DNA of 64,000 nt from Lama guanicoe (GCA_013239625.1 MU054338.1:4874724-4938723); one strand, 5' to 3'. Positions 1-14,559 are shown, counted from the first letter of the stretch. Made by a program: numbers and translations. The notes: generated by a model from the letters alone, not told the origin.

Positions 1-140
1 CCAGGAAACATTCTCCTCAAGAGTCTCCAGAAGGATCATAGCCCTGCAGACCCATTTTAGACTTCAGAACCAAAAGAGAAGAAACGTGTGTTGTTCCCAG
101 CCACCGTTTGTGCAAATTTGTTACAGAAACGATAGGACAC
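1..140 (+). mobile_element. MaLR (MLT1-like) LTR 3' end
   Basis: ctccagaagga...agccctgc...ttttagacttc...aatttgttacag. Confidence 0.65.
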
Positions 141-151
141 TTGTCCACCCA

Positions 152-288
152 GTTTTTTAAAAATTAGATTTATTTATTTATTTTTAATTAGGTTTATTTA
201 TTTTATTTTCTTAAAGGAGGTACTGGGGATTGAACCCAGGACCTCGTGCATGCTAAGCACACACTTTACCACTGAGCTCTACCCTCCC
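152..288 (-). mobile_element. tRNA-Ala-derived SINE (camelid Vic-1-like)
   Basis: Reverse complement reads gggagggtagagctcagtggtaaag...ggttcaatccccagtacctcc plus an (AAAT)n tail. Confidence 0.85.
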
Positions 289-1264
289 GCTTCGTCCATC
301 CAGTTTTTGTCTCATTTGCTTGGAAGCTCAGCCTTCCCATTTGACTTGGGAGTGCCCCCCAACATGCACACACACACCGGCCCCACCTCACCGCCCTTTC
401 CAGCCCTTCCGTCAACCACAGACTCTTCCAACACTCCAGGCTTTTCTCAGGATTCCAGCTGCCTCCAGCAGGCCCTTATCACCCACCTTCGCTGACCTGC
501 CCCGCGGGCCCTTCTGCACACACACCCGGTAGCACAGGGAGCGCAGGTCTGCTTTTGTGGTGTTGGAGACGATACTTAAATACTCAAATCCTCAGTTCCC
601 TGTCTGTCAAATTAGAAATATAATAACACTCCTTACTTCATAGGATTGGAGTGTTTTTCTTTCTAATTGAAGTATAGTTGATTTACAGAGTTGTGTTAGT
701 TCCTGGTGTACAGCATAGCGAGTCAGTTATACATATGTATGTATCGTTGCAGGTTACTACAAGCTATTGAATATAGTTCCTTGGGCTCTACACTATGATC
801 TTGTTCATACAGGGCTGTCGTTGCCTGTGGCATGGGCAGCAGTGTTTGGGTGTGTTCATTCATTCATTCATTCGTTCAGCAGATTATTCCTCGTCACCTG
901 CTGTGAACCAGGTTGCAGCAGTAAACACAACTTTGCTCTTTTTAAAAAAATTATTTTAAAAAATAACTTCTTTCACAATGAAAATATATATATAAACAAA
1001 TATAATTTTTTTTAAATGAAGGGCAACCACAGTGGTCTGCTTAGAAATTTGAGGAGCAATTGTAAGTCACATCCCGCAAGTCAGTACTTTTAAATTTGTC
1101 ACTTGCCCCAACCGATTTATTAGCAGGAAGCTCAAACCTGCCTTGTGGTGTTTCCCCATCTTCTAGAATGTTCCAGAAGTTTCAATCAAAGGAGAGGGCC
1201 CCCAGTTTCCCCACTGGCTGGGGAGAGCTCTGCCACTCAGAGGGTCGGCCACTCTGCACCTGCT

Positions 1265-1600
1265 TTTTTAAGTTGAGATGTTATAACTTCCTATGCTGTA
1301 ACGGTCACCCTTTTAAAGTGACTCTGTGGTTTTCAATATATTCAGAGTTGTGCAGCCATCACAACTGTCTAATTCTAGAACATTCTCATCACCCCAAAAG
1401 GAAATTTCATTCCCAATAGCAGTCACTCCCTGTTTCCCCATCCCCAAGCCTTCGGCGACCACAAATCCACTTCCTGTCTCTATGTATTTGCCTATTGTGG
1501 ACATTTCCTATAAATGGACTCCTACAAGTCATGGCCTTTTGCATCTGGCTTCTTTTATTTAGCATAGTGTTTTCAAGGTCCAGCCATGTCGTAGCCCGAA
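1265..1600 (-). mobile_element. L1M 3' fragment
   Basis: catcaccccaaaaggaaa...ctatgtatttgcctattgtggacatttc. Confidence 0.75.
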
Positions 1601-2090
1601 TCTAGCTATCTTTAATGTGTAACGACATAAGCCTTAAAGGAACAGTGACGTGGGCCATGCCCAAGGTGTGTGCAGGCTGCCTCTGGGACAGCATCCCGTT
1701 TCACTCAGTTGACCTGACAAGAGTGTCATCTCCCGGGTGTTGATTAGTTTCCTGTCCTGTCTGCAGAGAGGGGGTCAGTCCTTGCTTGCGGGGCCCCTCA
1801 GCCGCTGCCTCTGCATCTGGGTCCTTGCCACGCTGGCCCATAAGTACCTAGTGAGCTGAGCAACTGGTCTGCCGTCCATATACACAGAAGCAGTTAAGGT
1901 GAAACCTGAAGGCTTTCTCGATGGTAAAACTAAACAGTATCCCTGGAGATTATCAAAACCAAAGTTGCTTTCTGTTGGTCTGGAAGGTTCACTTCGTAGA
2001 TGGACCTGAAGACAGGGGCTTCTGCGATTCTACTGTGTGTTTGGTTTTGACTGTGACCATTTTACACAGTGACCCCGTAAGCATGCATTA

Positions 2091-2139
2091 ACACACACAC
2101 ACACACACACAGACACACATACACACTCTCTCTCTCTCT
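2091..2139. repeat. Compound (AC)n(TC)n microsatellite
   Basis: Read directly. Confidence 0.9.
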
Positions 2140-2492
2140 GGATTCCAAAGTTTTACTCTGTTCTTTGTGTCTTTTACATTGAAGTATAGTTGATTTACAA
2201 TATAGTGTTAGTTTCAGGTGTACAGCAAAGTAATTCGGTTCTATGTATCTATATGTATGTATGTCTTAAAACTTCTTTTCCATTATAATTTATTACAAGA
2301 TATTGAATATAGTTCCTTGTGCAACTTTGATGTTATTTATTCTATTTTATTATAAACTGTTTTCCCAACTCACAAACAGGCCATGGTCACAGGGTCAGAA
2401 CCTCGGGACCCCAGTGCACCAGACAACAGGGAAATGTTTAGAAAAGAGTGAAACACTCGGCAGCACAGTTAATAGCTTTGACTTTTGAGGAA

Positions 2493-2981
2493 CTACATTA
2501 GCTTCCTAAGGCCACTGTAACAAATTCCTACAAACCAGATGGCTTAAACTAACAGCCATGCATTCTCTCGTGGTTCTGGAGGCCAGAAGTCTGAAATTGA
2601 GGTGTCTGTAGGGCCACCCCCCCTTGGAAGGCTCTCGGGGAGGACCTTCCTTGACTGTCGTCTGGCTTCTAGAAGGCGGACCTAGGCTTGCCTTGGCCTT
2701 GGCTGTATGCCTCCTTTCCCTGCCTCAATATTCACTTGGTCTTTTCTTCTGTATAGCTCTCTGTCTCTGTCTCTGTGTGTCTCTGAGTCCAAATCTCCCC
2801 CTTCTTTCCCTTATAAAGACACCGTCACTTGGGCTGAGGGCCCACCCTAAATCCAGGATGATCTCATCTTGAGATCCCTCAGTTGATTACATAGGCAGAG
2901 ACCCTGTTTCCAAATAAGGCCACATTCTGAGTTGCTGGGTGGATGTGAATTGGGTGGGGGGACCCTATTCACCCCATCTCA
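2493..2981 (-). mobile_element. MaLR (MLT1-like) LTR
   Basis: ggcttaaa...ttctctc...gttctggaggccagaagtctgaaat...tttccaaataagg signature. Confidence 0.8.
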
Positions 2982-3835
2982 GGACTGTTCTCGTTCCAGT
3001 GGCTTGCAAAGGAAAGCAAGTTTACAGTAGTTATTAGTACTCAATTCTTACCTTCTTTAGAACGCATAGTAATTTTCAGATATTTTAAAGTTAAGATAAG
3101 TGTTGAACTTCTGGCTCACTCTTGGGAACCCAGTAAGTGAGGAGAGGAAATCTTAAGAACTAGTTTCTTTCTTAAAAATCTTCTAAACCTGAATCCTCTG
3201 TGACTATAGTTTGCTACAAAGTATAAACAAACAGGTACCTAATATATTCCGATGGGCCCAATGCTTGGCTGTTTGCCTGTACTCTATATAATCTATTCTT
3301 TCTTCATGCATTCAGATACCACCCTCATCAAATGCAAGTCTTGTCGCTTTCAAGAGGAAAGCAGTGTTCCCTCTGCCTAGCCCTGCACCTCGCTTACATG
3401 AGTACACCAAAGTGTTTTCTTCCTGACCTTGAGACATGAGATATATTAAAATATATTCATGCTCACACCATTGCAGTACTAAAAAGGAATACTGATGAAG
3501 GTCTTTGCAAGGTCCTGGAATTTTCCTAAAATAGAAGCTGGTTGCTGACTTACATGCATAGTTATAGCCAGCATTCTTAGGATCGTGGGGATCTTGGGAG
3601 GCTCCAAGACCCACCTCCTACCTGTTTGCTCCCAGCATGGGCTGTTTCAGGGCTCTGGAATTCAGTAATGACTCCACGCAGTTAATCCACTTCACTGCTC
3701 ACCTTATTCCGTTCCCTTGTATGTGTCAGGGATTAAAAATGGGAGCTTCCCATGCCCCATGAGACCTGCTGCATGCATTTTGCTTGTTGGGGCTAGGCCC
3801 TCCTTTTCAAAACAAACCAATTAGATACGGTAGAC

Positions 3836-4029
3836 CAGGGATTGGCAGACTTTTCCTGTAAGGAGCCTGATAGTAAACGTTACAGACTTCCCAGGCCTCG
3901 CAGCCTCGGTCACAGCTACTCACAAAGCAGCCCCAGACAACAGGGAAACACGTGGCGGGGCTGTGTTCCAATAAAACTTTATTGACAAAAACCGGGTGGC
4001 CAGCCAAGGGCCAGAGTTTGCCAACCCTA
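3836..4029. mobile_element. hAT-Charlie MITE (MER58-like)
   Basis: TIRs cagggattggcagact / agtttgccaacccta; degenerate 8-bp TSD cggtagac/caatagac. Confidence 0.8.
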
Positions 4030-5514
4030 CAATAGACTCCTGGTTTTCACTGTTCTCTTTCTAGGGCGGTGACTCCGATCTTGTAAATTTGGTGATAGGC
4101 ACAGGTCTGGGGCAGGAATTCCTCGCCCGATGAGAGCTTGCACTGGGAACTCCCTGCCAAGGGTCTTTCCAAGCCCCGCTCACCCCTGCCGGCACTTCCA
4201 TTGTCTTTTTACAGAAATGCAGTGCCCTGGAATAATTTCCCCGGCCACTGCAAGCAAACAGGTTTTTTTTTTTCCTTGCATGTTTCTTTCATGCGTTTTT
4301 CTTTCCTGCCTTCTGCCTTTAACAGAATGCATTTTTACCTGTTGAAAGAGAAACCCATTGGCCTCTGTCAAGTGTTTGATTTCCTCTGCCCTCCTTACAG
4401 CCACCTCCGCTAACATTTGCTCTTTATTTCCCGCATTCAAAGTTTCTTTAAAATAATAACAACAACAACAATAATAGTAATGCCCATTGGGGTTTTCTGG
4501 AAGATTTCTGATGTGTAGTGGCTACACCTGAATTAATCTTTTCAAAATCACTTGTTTTCATTGAAATGTTTTGTAGTCGCGTCATTTTGATTTCTGTGCA
4601 GTCATTAGAATTAACACAGTTGTTTAAAACAGGCCAGTGGAGAAGGTGGGGAAGGCGGGCTGCCCTTCCTGGTGAGGCCTGGGGCGGGGCGGGGGGTGGA
4701 ATTGTTTCGCTGGGGCCCCTGCAGTCCGCATCTGGCCTCGAGCCCAGAGCAGGGAGAGGTACTTGTTCATAAGGCATGTGCTCGTTCATTGGTTTGTTTT
4801 GGAAAGGAGGGCCTAGCCCCAACAACTACCCCTGGATGCTGCTGCAGGTACCTACTTCCTAACCCCAGGACGGGGTGTGACATGGGGCAGAGGGAGCAGG
4901 TAAGCTCTGGGACAAGCCTGGACAGTGCAGGCCATCTCTTCTCAGTTCTTTCCCAGCCGTGTTAATATCGCAGCGTCGAGGTCACACCTCAGGCCTCCTG
5001 GCCAGGTTTGCCCGTTTGCAATCTCACATCGAAAGGCCGCCTCCCCTGGTGACCAATGACGTCCCTCAGGGGTGACTCTTACTAGTTCACTCTTGGCAAA
5101 AAGTTCCTGGGACACCCCCACCTGGCCTCCATGCAGCAGTTAAACTTGTTCATTAGAATGACTCAAAACACCAAACAGAGTGGTTTTGTTCCGTTACCCA
5201 TCTTTGTCGAAGGCTTAGGGGGCTCTGAAGAGTTAGTGCTTAAGGGTGGGGGAGGGACCTTGCAGGCCACTTGTAGAGCCCCCCTGGGGTTCCCTGTGTG
5301 TTGTAATCAGTCTCTTGATGAAGCTCTCGGGGTCCCATCCGCAGGACAGCTGTCAGGGGAGAAAGCAGAAAGAGGTTCTTAAGCGCTGTCTGTGTCTGTC
5401 TTCTGACACGGGGGTGTCAGGTTCGTGGCAGAAAGTCTGAATCCGCGATCGTTAAAGGGCAGCCGCTCGGAAGGTCGAGTCTCCCACAGCACTAGTTGTG
5501 CCTTCCCTTAGAAA

Positions 5515-6330
5515 ACATTTTAACCATTTTGAAGTGTACATTGATAATACTGTGTATCCATCCCCGCCATCCATCTCCTGGGCTTTCTCCCCAGACAAAT
5601 CTGTCCCCATGAAGCACTCACTCCCCCTCCCCTGGCCCCTGCCATTCTACTTTCTACCTCCAAGAATTTGACTACACTAGGTCCCTTATATACGTAAAGT
5701 CGGGCAGTATTTGGCCTTTTGTGACTGGCTTATGTCACAGAGCATGGTGTCCTCAAGGTTCCTCCAGGTTGTAGCATGTGAATTTCCTCCCTTTTTAAGG
5801 CTGGATGACATTCCATTTTACTGCCCTATGACATTTTGTTTATCCATTCAGCTGTCAATGGACACTTGGGTTGCTTCCACCCCTTGGCTGTTGGGAATCA
5901 TGCTGCTGTGAACACAGGTGTGCAAATACCTGTTTGAGTCCCTGCATTCAATTCTTTGGGGTACACACCCAGAAGTGGAGTTATTGGGTCCTATGGAGCT
6001 CCACATTTGACTTTTTGAGGAACCGCCAAACTTCTCCACAGCAGCTGTACCATTTTACATCCCCCCAGCCATTTATGAGGATTTCAGTTTCTCCACATCC
6101 TCACCAACACTTGTTATTCTCCACTTTTAAAATGTGTACCATCCCCGTCGATGTGAAGAGACATCTCATTGTGGTTTTGATTTTCATTTTCCTAAAATAG
6201 TGAAGTTGAGCATCTTGTCATGTGCTTATTAGCCATTTCTCTGTCTTCCTTGGAGACATGTCTACTCAAGTCCTTTGCCCATTTTTGAGTCGGACTGTTG
6301 GTTTTTCAATCGTTGAATCGTAACTCCTCT
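5515..6330 (-). mobile_element. L1M 3' fragment
   Basis: ggacacttgggttgcttccac...tacacacccagaagtgg...ccacatcctcaccaacac. Confidence 0.8.
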
Positions 6331-8146
6331 ACGCTAGTTCTGTCTGACGCTGTGGGGTGGCAAGAACTTAAAAGCAAGCCTCAGCTACCTGTGACCTTTG
6401 ACGTCTCCAGGCATCCCACCAGAAAGCTGGGGGCTGATAAGTATGACCCCCCCAGCCTGGGAAGGAAGCGGAAAAATTGGCCCGGTGCAGCCTCCCAGCC
6501 AGAGACCAGCCAACCCGTGGTCACCCCCCGTCACCCTGAATCACCCCGGAGAGTGGGCTATGACAGAGCAGCTGCAGCCAGGAGCCTTGAAACCGGCGTG
6601 AATCATTAGAGAGAAATAGTGTCGCATCAGCCTGACTTCCTCTCCTGGCAGATGGCTGTCGCATCCAGCAGACCAGGAAAACGAGGTGGAACGTGGGGAG
6701 GTGGCAGGTGTCTGAATCGGATCCTGGACAGCATTCTTGGGGGCGGGATGAGAAGCACACCCAGATGGTAGGGTAATCCTGAGCCAGTCACCCTCTGGCC
6801 GTGTGTATGACTAGCTGGAGGAAAGTTCCCAAAGGGCGCCACTTCGTGGGTGCACCAGTGTCAACGCAGAGGGAGCCTGCCCTCAGCTGCCAGCCTCTGC
6901 TCTGTCCTGACTGGTCATTTGCCACGGTATTTAGAAAGAGAAAGATGTGGGAAGTTTGCTAAGCAAAAGCTGGAGGGGTGGCCTTCATCTCTATGTCACC
7001 AAATCAGGGTCCCAAAATCTCAGCGACTGAAACAGTTGGCTAAACCAGCTAGGTGGACTTTGGAGCGAGGAAGGCTGAAGTTCCCAAGCCGGGGTCTAAA
7101 CCAGCCCTTCCTGGCCTGGGCGCCATAGACGTTTGGGGCCAGGTGATTGCGGTGGTAGGATGCCAGGCCACATCCTTGGTGGTGACCCGCTTGATGTCAG
7201 GAGCACCCCTCCCCCAGTGGTCATGATCAAAAATGTTCCCAGAGCTGCTGTATGTCCCCTGGGGAACAGAATCACTGCCACATAAGAACCACTGGTCTAA
7301 ATAAGCAACTGCTTAGGATGGGGACATAGGACCAAATAACAGCCTATGAGAAAACAGCTTAGCGAGTTCAGTTAATAATAATAGGTTAGCCCAGCAGTTG
7401 TGATCTGAGCTTCTCCATTCCCCCCCCCGCCCCCCCCCAAAAGGCTCTTTAGGTCCTGCTTGCAACAAAGCAGGGATTCTGTGGGTAGTTGGTTGCGAGT
7501 CTTGTCCCATTCAGTCCCCAGGCAACTCTGCAGATCTGTCTCCCCAGCCCTGGAATCTCGTACACTCCTTGGCTTCAGGCACCATCCTCTGCCCAAATTT
7601 CCATCCTTCGTCTAGTCCCCTCTCCTGAGCGCCACACTCCTGGGTAGCTGCTGCCTCCATCGCCTCAGGTCCTGAGTCCTGAGTCCTGACTCCCACCCGC
7701 AGTCAGTCGCAGTCAGCCTCACCACCTCTCCCCTCTCCTGGCCGCAAGCCTGCCCCTCCCTCTGCCTTCCCCTGTCAGGTCCTGGCACCCTCCACCCTCC
7801 GCCCCTTCCAGCCTGCTCCCCGGTCGCATCCACTGCTCCCAGAGGCAAAGCTGATTTTGTAGCCTCCTGCATAAACCTTTCTGTGGTTTCCGTTTCCAGG
7901 ATAAAGTGTTATCCCCAAGGCCCACGTCGGAACCTTCACACACAAAGGCAGCCCTCCACACCGCCCTCCACCCACTTCATTTATCCTCTGCCCACCCAGA
8001 CCAGGTGCCTCCCGACCTCCCTGCCTCCCTCTCTCCCTCCCTTCAGCAAACACGTTTTGAGCATCCACCCTGCGCCAGGCCCCGTGCCAACAACTGATGA
8101 CACAGAGCTCCCCGCCGCGTGGTCTCCTCTCTAAGTAAAGGTGCAG

Positions 8147-8670
8147 ATGCAGTTCACGCCTCGCTGCTTGTGTTTCCACCCACGAGTGAAAATTGATCTG
8201 TCACCCCCAGGTCAGCGCTCACAGCGTCTTCTCGGCCATTCCATTGCTCGCGCAGAGCGGCAGGACGTTTGAGTTCTCAGCCAGGGTTGGGCCAGGCACA
8301 CTCTGCCTTCTTGTCTCAGCTTGTTCTGTAAACAGGCGTCCTTTTTGCAGTGTATCCAGTGCTGCGTTTTTCGCATTCTCATGCTTTCTGTTCCCGGTTC
8401 CAAGTGCTGCCTCATGTCCTCCGCGTGTCAGACCGCTCTGTTGAGTGAGGCGAGAGTTACAGAGCTGTTGGCCACAAGTTTAATGTTAATGCATTGACAG
8501 TATTTATTAACTAAGGCACCTTTCAGCAGAAACACACATCACACAAGGTTGTGTATTAATGCTTCGACGAAGATAATGGCCCGAGGCTCATGGAGCCTAA
8601 CTCCAGATTTGCCCTAGAAGTCAGCGTTCACCGCAGCCTTGTGGACGTCACCACTGACGAGCGGGTGGGG
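8147..8670. mobile_element. TcMar-Tigger (Tigger3-like) remnant
   Basis: Homologous to 21230-21875 (cagaaacacacat...caaggtt...; gtaaacaggcgtcctttt). Confidence 0.65.
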
Positions 8671-11507
8671 AGACCTCCCAGACTGGGCCTCCTGCCCCCT
8701 CCCCATCACTCCTGCGTTGCAGGTGTGTCTTCTCTCCAACCACATTTGTCCCCTGCGCCCCCGACACACCTGCAGCCCCTTCAGTGCAGCGCGGGGAGCC
8801 CCAGCCACTGTAAAGGGATCTCCTCGTCCCCAGCCTATCTCGGGAGCATGTCCTTACCCTTAGTTGGAGGCCTGCCGCCCTCCCGTGCCTGCTGCAGGGC
8901 AGGCATCCTGTCTCCCTGTCTGACTCTGATCCTCCTTCTCCTCCAGACCCCCTCTCCCTTGGGATTCATCATCCCAAGGAGTCACCCCAGTTTGTAACCA
9001 CGTCGCACGCAGTGCCTGCCCCTGGGGCATTCTGCCACGTGCTCTGGGCCAGCCAGCTCGAGGACAGTTAGGGTGTGAGTGAGTCACAGGAGAAATCCGG
9101 ACAGAGTCCGCCCAGGCGACCCTTGCCTTTTCAGTCTTTATTTTCTGAACTCCACGCGTTGCACAGTTGGTGGCTGCCCACAGGAGGGCTGAGCCCAGGC
9201 TGAGGCCCCACCTTCAAGATGGTCAACTCATCAGAAAAGTGCCACAATTATTTTTAAAAGTCATATGCCTTAAATACTTTATTTAGCTTAAAGCAGATAA
9301 ATGTACTTGGAGTGGCCAGTCTTTTGGTACCACCAGCCCCTCCTTTAATGGAAATGCTTCGTCTTTCTTGCTTTAAACTGACCTGTGATACAGACTCTGC
9401 TCTCTAATTTCCATTTAGTCAAAATTTCAAGAAACCTCAAGCCGTCCAAATGCTGCATCCTTTGAAATAATTTTGGATTTATGAAGAATTAAAGATTGCC
9501 TAAGAGAGTTCCCATATACCCTGCACCCAGCTCCCTGCTAATGTTAACTTTTTTTTTAAATTATAAAAGTCAACCACCATTGCGGACAATTTAGAAAATA
9601 GAAAAATGGAGGGAAACACCCATAGTCCCTTGCAGCTACACACAGTCATTTTGTTGGACGACCTCCCAGGGTTTTCTTTCTTTACACCTGTCTCCCCACG
9701 AGGTTGGACCTGTCACTACAGTCCTTTAAGAGGCAGTTTGGTGATGTCCATCTAACATCGTAAAGCATTTCCAACTTTGCCTCCGCAATTCTGTCCCTTC
9801 ATGACTCTGTGGAGACTATGTGATCGGAACGCATTCCCCGACAGCTGGGAAGTGATTGCAACAAGACTTGCAAGACCACAGCAGCATGAAAAAATGTGAA
9901 ACGCTGGTATATTCGCTGTGCTGACAACCGTCACCACACACAGCCAAGCAAATACGGAGGGGGGCACAGAGACATTGTAAATGACAGCCAGGTTACTGGT
10001 TGATTTTGATTTTAATTTTTCCTTCGAAAAAATTTTTACGTTCACTATCATACTGCGAAGTGAGGGATCAAATTCAGGTTAACAGTGACATAGGTGACAT
10101 TTTTTTCATGCATCCTTATCAGTGCTTCGAGAGGGCTGTTTCTTATCAGCCAGGAATCTTTGTAGGTGAAGAGTTTGTACCAGATTTGTTCTTCAGGACC
10201 ATAACATGCGACTGGCTGGGTTTATGCCCAAGAATGTTTGCTTTGTTCTTTTTTTTTTTCCCTTTCTCCCTACGATGACTCGCCTATAGCAGTTTGCCTT
10301 AGTTAGTTCTTATCTTTATTAAAGAAGAATAATTTGGAGAAATGCCATCTAGCATTAGACTAATTTAGAGATACGCCTTGTTTATCAGTGGAATAATTAA
10401 ACCAGTGTCCCTCCCCCCAGAAAACCTTTGAAGTTAAGTTTTATTAAGAATGACAAGAATTTACTCCTAGTCAGTGTACCAGCTACTTAATCGACATCTA
10501 GTGATTTGGGCACTAAAATCTAGCTCTCTGTCTGATGGTCCCACCTCAACTTCGTTTTCCCCTTTGCACAAAATCAGAGCAATATTTTTCTACACATCAC
10601 GTTGCTGAAATGCCGCCACACTGCTTGGCGGAAGCGTCGGGATGGACTGGCTGCTTCTGCCGGGATAAAGGTCTCACGTTAGTGTTTCCAGTGAGCAGCG
10701 TGTGCGTTTTGTGCCGTGAAACTTTCCTGACTCTTAGACATCCCCAAAGACAAAGCTGCTTCCAGTGGTTGTCGTGGAGACTGTGGCTTCTCACCACGCC
10801 CCGAGTTTTTCCTCCGTGTGATCAGAACGTTTTGATCATGGGTCACCTCGCAGTGTTGAAGGATTCTGAATGGCCTCCTGAATCTCTCAGAACTCTGGAG
10901 CTGGAGGAGCCTGGGGGAGATCGGGTCCTGATCTTGGGGGTTAGAGATGAGTGCGCCAGTGGCCCTTCCCTCATTCATCCCCTGACGACTAGAGGTGGCA
11001 TGACCCGTAACCCCGACTCCAGACAAGTCACGGGGTTCCGTCTGGCCTGCTGGCAGACCCAGGACCTTAAAACCTGCCAGGAAAGCCCACCCCCTGGGGC
11101 CAAGGGCAGGCATGTCCACCCAGCTCCCAAGGGTGGGGAAGGCTGTGGGTGCCATAGAGAGGAGGGGGCTGTCCTCATGAATAGGCCAGGGTAGCAGGCA
11201 CAGCACAGAGACCCAAGGGGAAGAGTGGGCTTGGGCAAGGCAGGGGGTGGGGTCAGCTTCCAGGGCACACAGGACGGGGTGGGTCCTGTCGGCGTGGGAG
11301 GTGGGTCAGTAGGCAGCCTGTCTGGGATGAAGAAGGGCATAAAGTTCTGGGGGCGGGGAGTTCATTAAGACACAAGCCATGAGGGTTGGGAGACCCTCAC
11401 CGTCATTTTCTGACCACATCCTTCCCCACCTTCCAGCAGAGCCCAGTCTGTTACATGGAGTTGTTTTTTGTCTTTTTTTCTGTAAACAGAAAGGTGGCAA
11501 GTTACTA

Positions 11508-11585
11508 TTTTTTAACTTTTTAACGGAGGCACTGGGGATTGAACCGAGGACCTCATACATGCTGAGCACACGCTGTACCTACCCC
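11508..11585 (-). mobile_element. tRNA-derived SINE, partial
   Basis: ggaggcactggggattgaaccgaggacctc core. Confidence 0.75.
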
Positions 11586-14559
11586 TGGCAAATTGTCTTA
11601 AAGGTGAAATCGCCAAGAACGGGCTGGCCCTCGGCCCCTGCAGGCCTTGCCTCTGAGTATTTGGCCTCGTCCTTCCTGGCAGGGCCGCGGTCTGTCTGTG
11701 TCCCCATGTCGCAAGCACAGAGAAGGACGGTGATACCAGCACCCAGAATGGGTGACACCTGGCCCTTGCCCTCAAGGAGGTCAGGGTTCCACAAGGGCAG
11801 AGGCGGTGCGATGGAAGCTGAGTGCACCGGGGTCAGGGAAGTGCACAGGGAGACATCGGCCTCGAGGGTGGGGATCAGGGCGGGGCGACCCAGAGGGACT
11901 CTGGCCTGGCCCCAAAGCTGGAGAGGCACCCAGGGGCTCCGAGGCTCCCCAGTGCTGCATGACTTGGGGTACAGGCTGCAAATGGTGGCGAGAGGTGAGG
12001 CGGGGAGGGGCCCATGCCTCAGAGAGCCTGGCACAGCCAGGCCAGGGAGGTAGGACTTTACACTGAAGCCATGGGGACGCTAATCAGGCGCCTGGGGCGC
12101 CAGTCAGGCAGCAGGTAGGACAGAGGGCCAGGGGTGGCAAGTCTGGGCCGGCAGCCACCTGAAGAAACCACAGCCTTGGCTGAATGGCCAGGGCTCTGTC
12201 CTGCTCACCCAGGGGGAGGGCCCTCCACAGATAAGAGGAGGTCCCAGTGACAAAGGGGGAGAGAATGAGTGTGTGCGGAGGGGAGGCCGCCTCTCCCGGG
12301 AAGTGTGTTGAGTCCAGGTTTCTGGATTGGGGGAGGCCATGTGGTCCCAGCTCATCACAGTGCTCAGTGGAGATCTTCTGAGCGGACCTGAGACATCTGA
12401 GAATTCAGACCCTCGACCCTGCTTGCAGAGTGCAGCCCAGTAAGCTCCCCAGCGGCTGGGGGTACAGTGCTTGACCAGCCACCGGCCTGTTCTCAGGAAG
12501 CCTCTGGCCGGTGTGGGGGGAGGACCTGGCCAGCCTGAGCTGTGGTGGGGGGCAGTTGGACCACATGGGGCAGGGGACCCAGCTGCTAATAGGAATTTCT
12601 CCCAAGAGAGTGAGTATCCACTGCGGATGAAGTACGCTACACGGATGTCCATCCCGGTTTAATTTATAACTTCATGAGACACAGGAAGTACTCACGGAAC
12701 ACAAGGAGTGTTCGTGTTTAGTAAGTGATTTGACAGCCGTTGCAAAAGAAACGGTAAGCGCTTCCCGCAACATGTCTTCACAGTCCGTTTATGATACATC
12801 TTAAGCAGAAAGGCAGGATATAAAATTGTAAGTTCAGTGGGCGCTCACCCACGTGTTAGGTCAGACCGTGTAGAGGGGTTGTTTTTGTCGGTCAGAAATG
12901 GTGGATGACCAGCAACAGTGTGAGCTCACTGCAATGAACAGAAATAAGAGTGGAAAGGAATGTGCTAAAACAAGGAGTCGTGGTTCCTTCTGGGTTTTGA
13001 AATACTGGGCGGTTGCTATTTAATAGTCACTAGTAAAACCAGAACTTCCTCAGTTCTGGGAGTGTCACCCCCAGCGTGGTAGAGCCTCCCTGCTCCCCCG
13101 GGAGAGACCACATCCAGGCCTGTGGGGGCCGGCCCTCCGTGGGGACCGCGCTGGCCTTCCTTTCTCCAAGCATCATCCCCATCCTTTAGCCTTCTTCCCG
13201 AGTCCTGGCCAGGACCCCTCGGTGGTTCTGTCAGCTCTCTGGACGTGCCCCACTTGGCCAGCCCAAGTTGGCCCTTGTTCCGGGATTCTGGGTCGCCTTG
13301 CATCCGACCCCCCACGGTACTTGTTAGAACACAGCTCTCTGGGTGCCGCTCTGAGCCAGTGAACTCACTGAGCTTGGCCCAGGCCTGAGATTATCTCCCG
13401 GGCAGGCTCGGCCAGCCAGCAGCTTGGCCCTCCTGACTCTGGTTATCACACCGATGTTGACGAGACCTAAGATGACCCAGCCCCGCGTGCACCAGGCCGT
13501 TGACTTCCTGAGGCTGCCAGCTTGGTCCTTCCCCTCTGTGCCGCTGCTGCGGGTGGGGATCCACGACCCCGCCAGTCTCTGCTGAATCTCTTCACACTTC
13601 CTTCGTTGTAGCCCATCAAGGCAACTCTGTGTTAGTCCACCTCTCTGTCTTTCTTTCCAAACGTAATTTGAGGCAGCTCCTCTGTTCCACGTCACTCGTG
13701 AATTTGGTAAGCCAGCCTCCTATGATCTCATCTCAGGCGAGGCTGCGGACAGAGCCCTTCAGCACTCCGCTAGAGACCCTCCTTCCGTTACCGAGCTGAA
13801 GTGTGGATGCTCAGCCAGTTTTAAAGTTGCCCAACCTGCACTCATCAGTTCTCAATTCCCCATTAAGTTTACAAGGGTGTCATGAAGGATTCAGCCAGCA
13901 CCTTGCTGATACCCCACGGACCCGTATCTACCATCCCCCTGCTCTGCCCAGAGCCGCCCAGGATTGGTGACCCATTCGCTGCAATGGCTGTAAACGCCTC
14001 CTCTCTGTCCGCTCCACTCCAGGGCTGCAAAGCACAGCTTTCAGAGCCTAGTCTTGGTTTGTTCAAGGAAACGAGGAAACCCAGGATTCATGGCCTGTTT
14101 CCCAGGCTCACAGCTCACAAGCCACTTTTTGCCACAGATTAACACCAAGTTTGTAAGATTAACTTCCTTCCTCCTTTCTCAAATCAGAATTGCTTCGCCC
14201 TTCTGTCGTCCTGCCCTTCCCGGCTCCCCAGAGTTGCCCCACACAGGTTCAGCCAGTCTCCCTGCCAGCTGTCTCCGTGTCTGAGGTGCGCGTCACCTGA
14301 TCTGGCGACTTTAATTGGTGCAGCAGGTGTCCCGCGGCTGCCACATGCTGGGCACTGAGAAGCCAAGGTTACCTGCGTGTCCCTTATCCTGCCTGGAGCT
14401 TCAAGGCCCTTCCAAGGGCATTTTCTCCGTTCCTTCCCAGTCAAAGTGCCGTCTCACCACGAGGGGAGACAGAAGTAAACCACAGTTAGAGAGTCTCATT
14501 TCTTCTCCATCAGATGGTATTATGTGGACACACTCTGGGTCCCTAAGTGTTTTTCTTTT

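Noticed and set aside
10535..12652. Cluster of 150-220 aa ORFs in the upstream region
   Set aside because: No recognisable domains, overlap with a SINE, and expected by chance in GC-rich DNA
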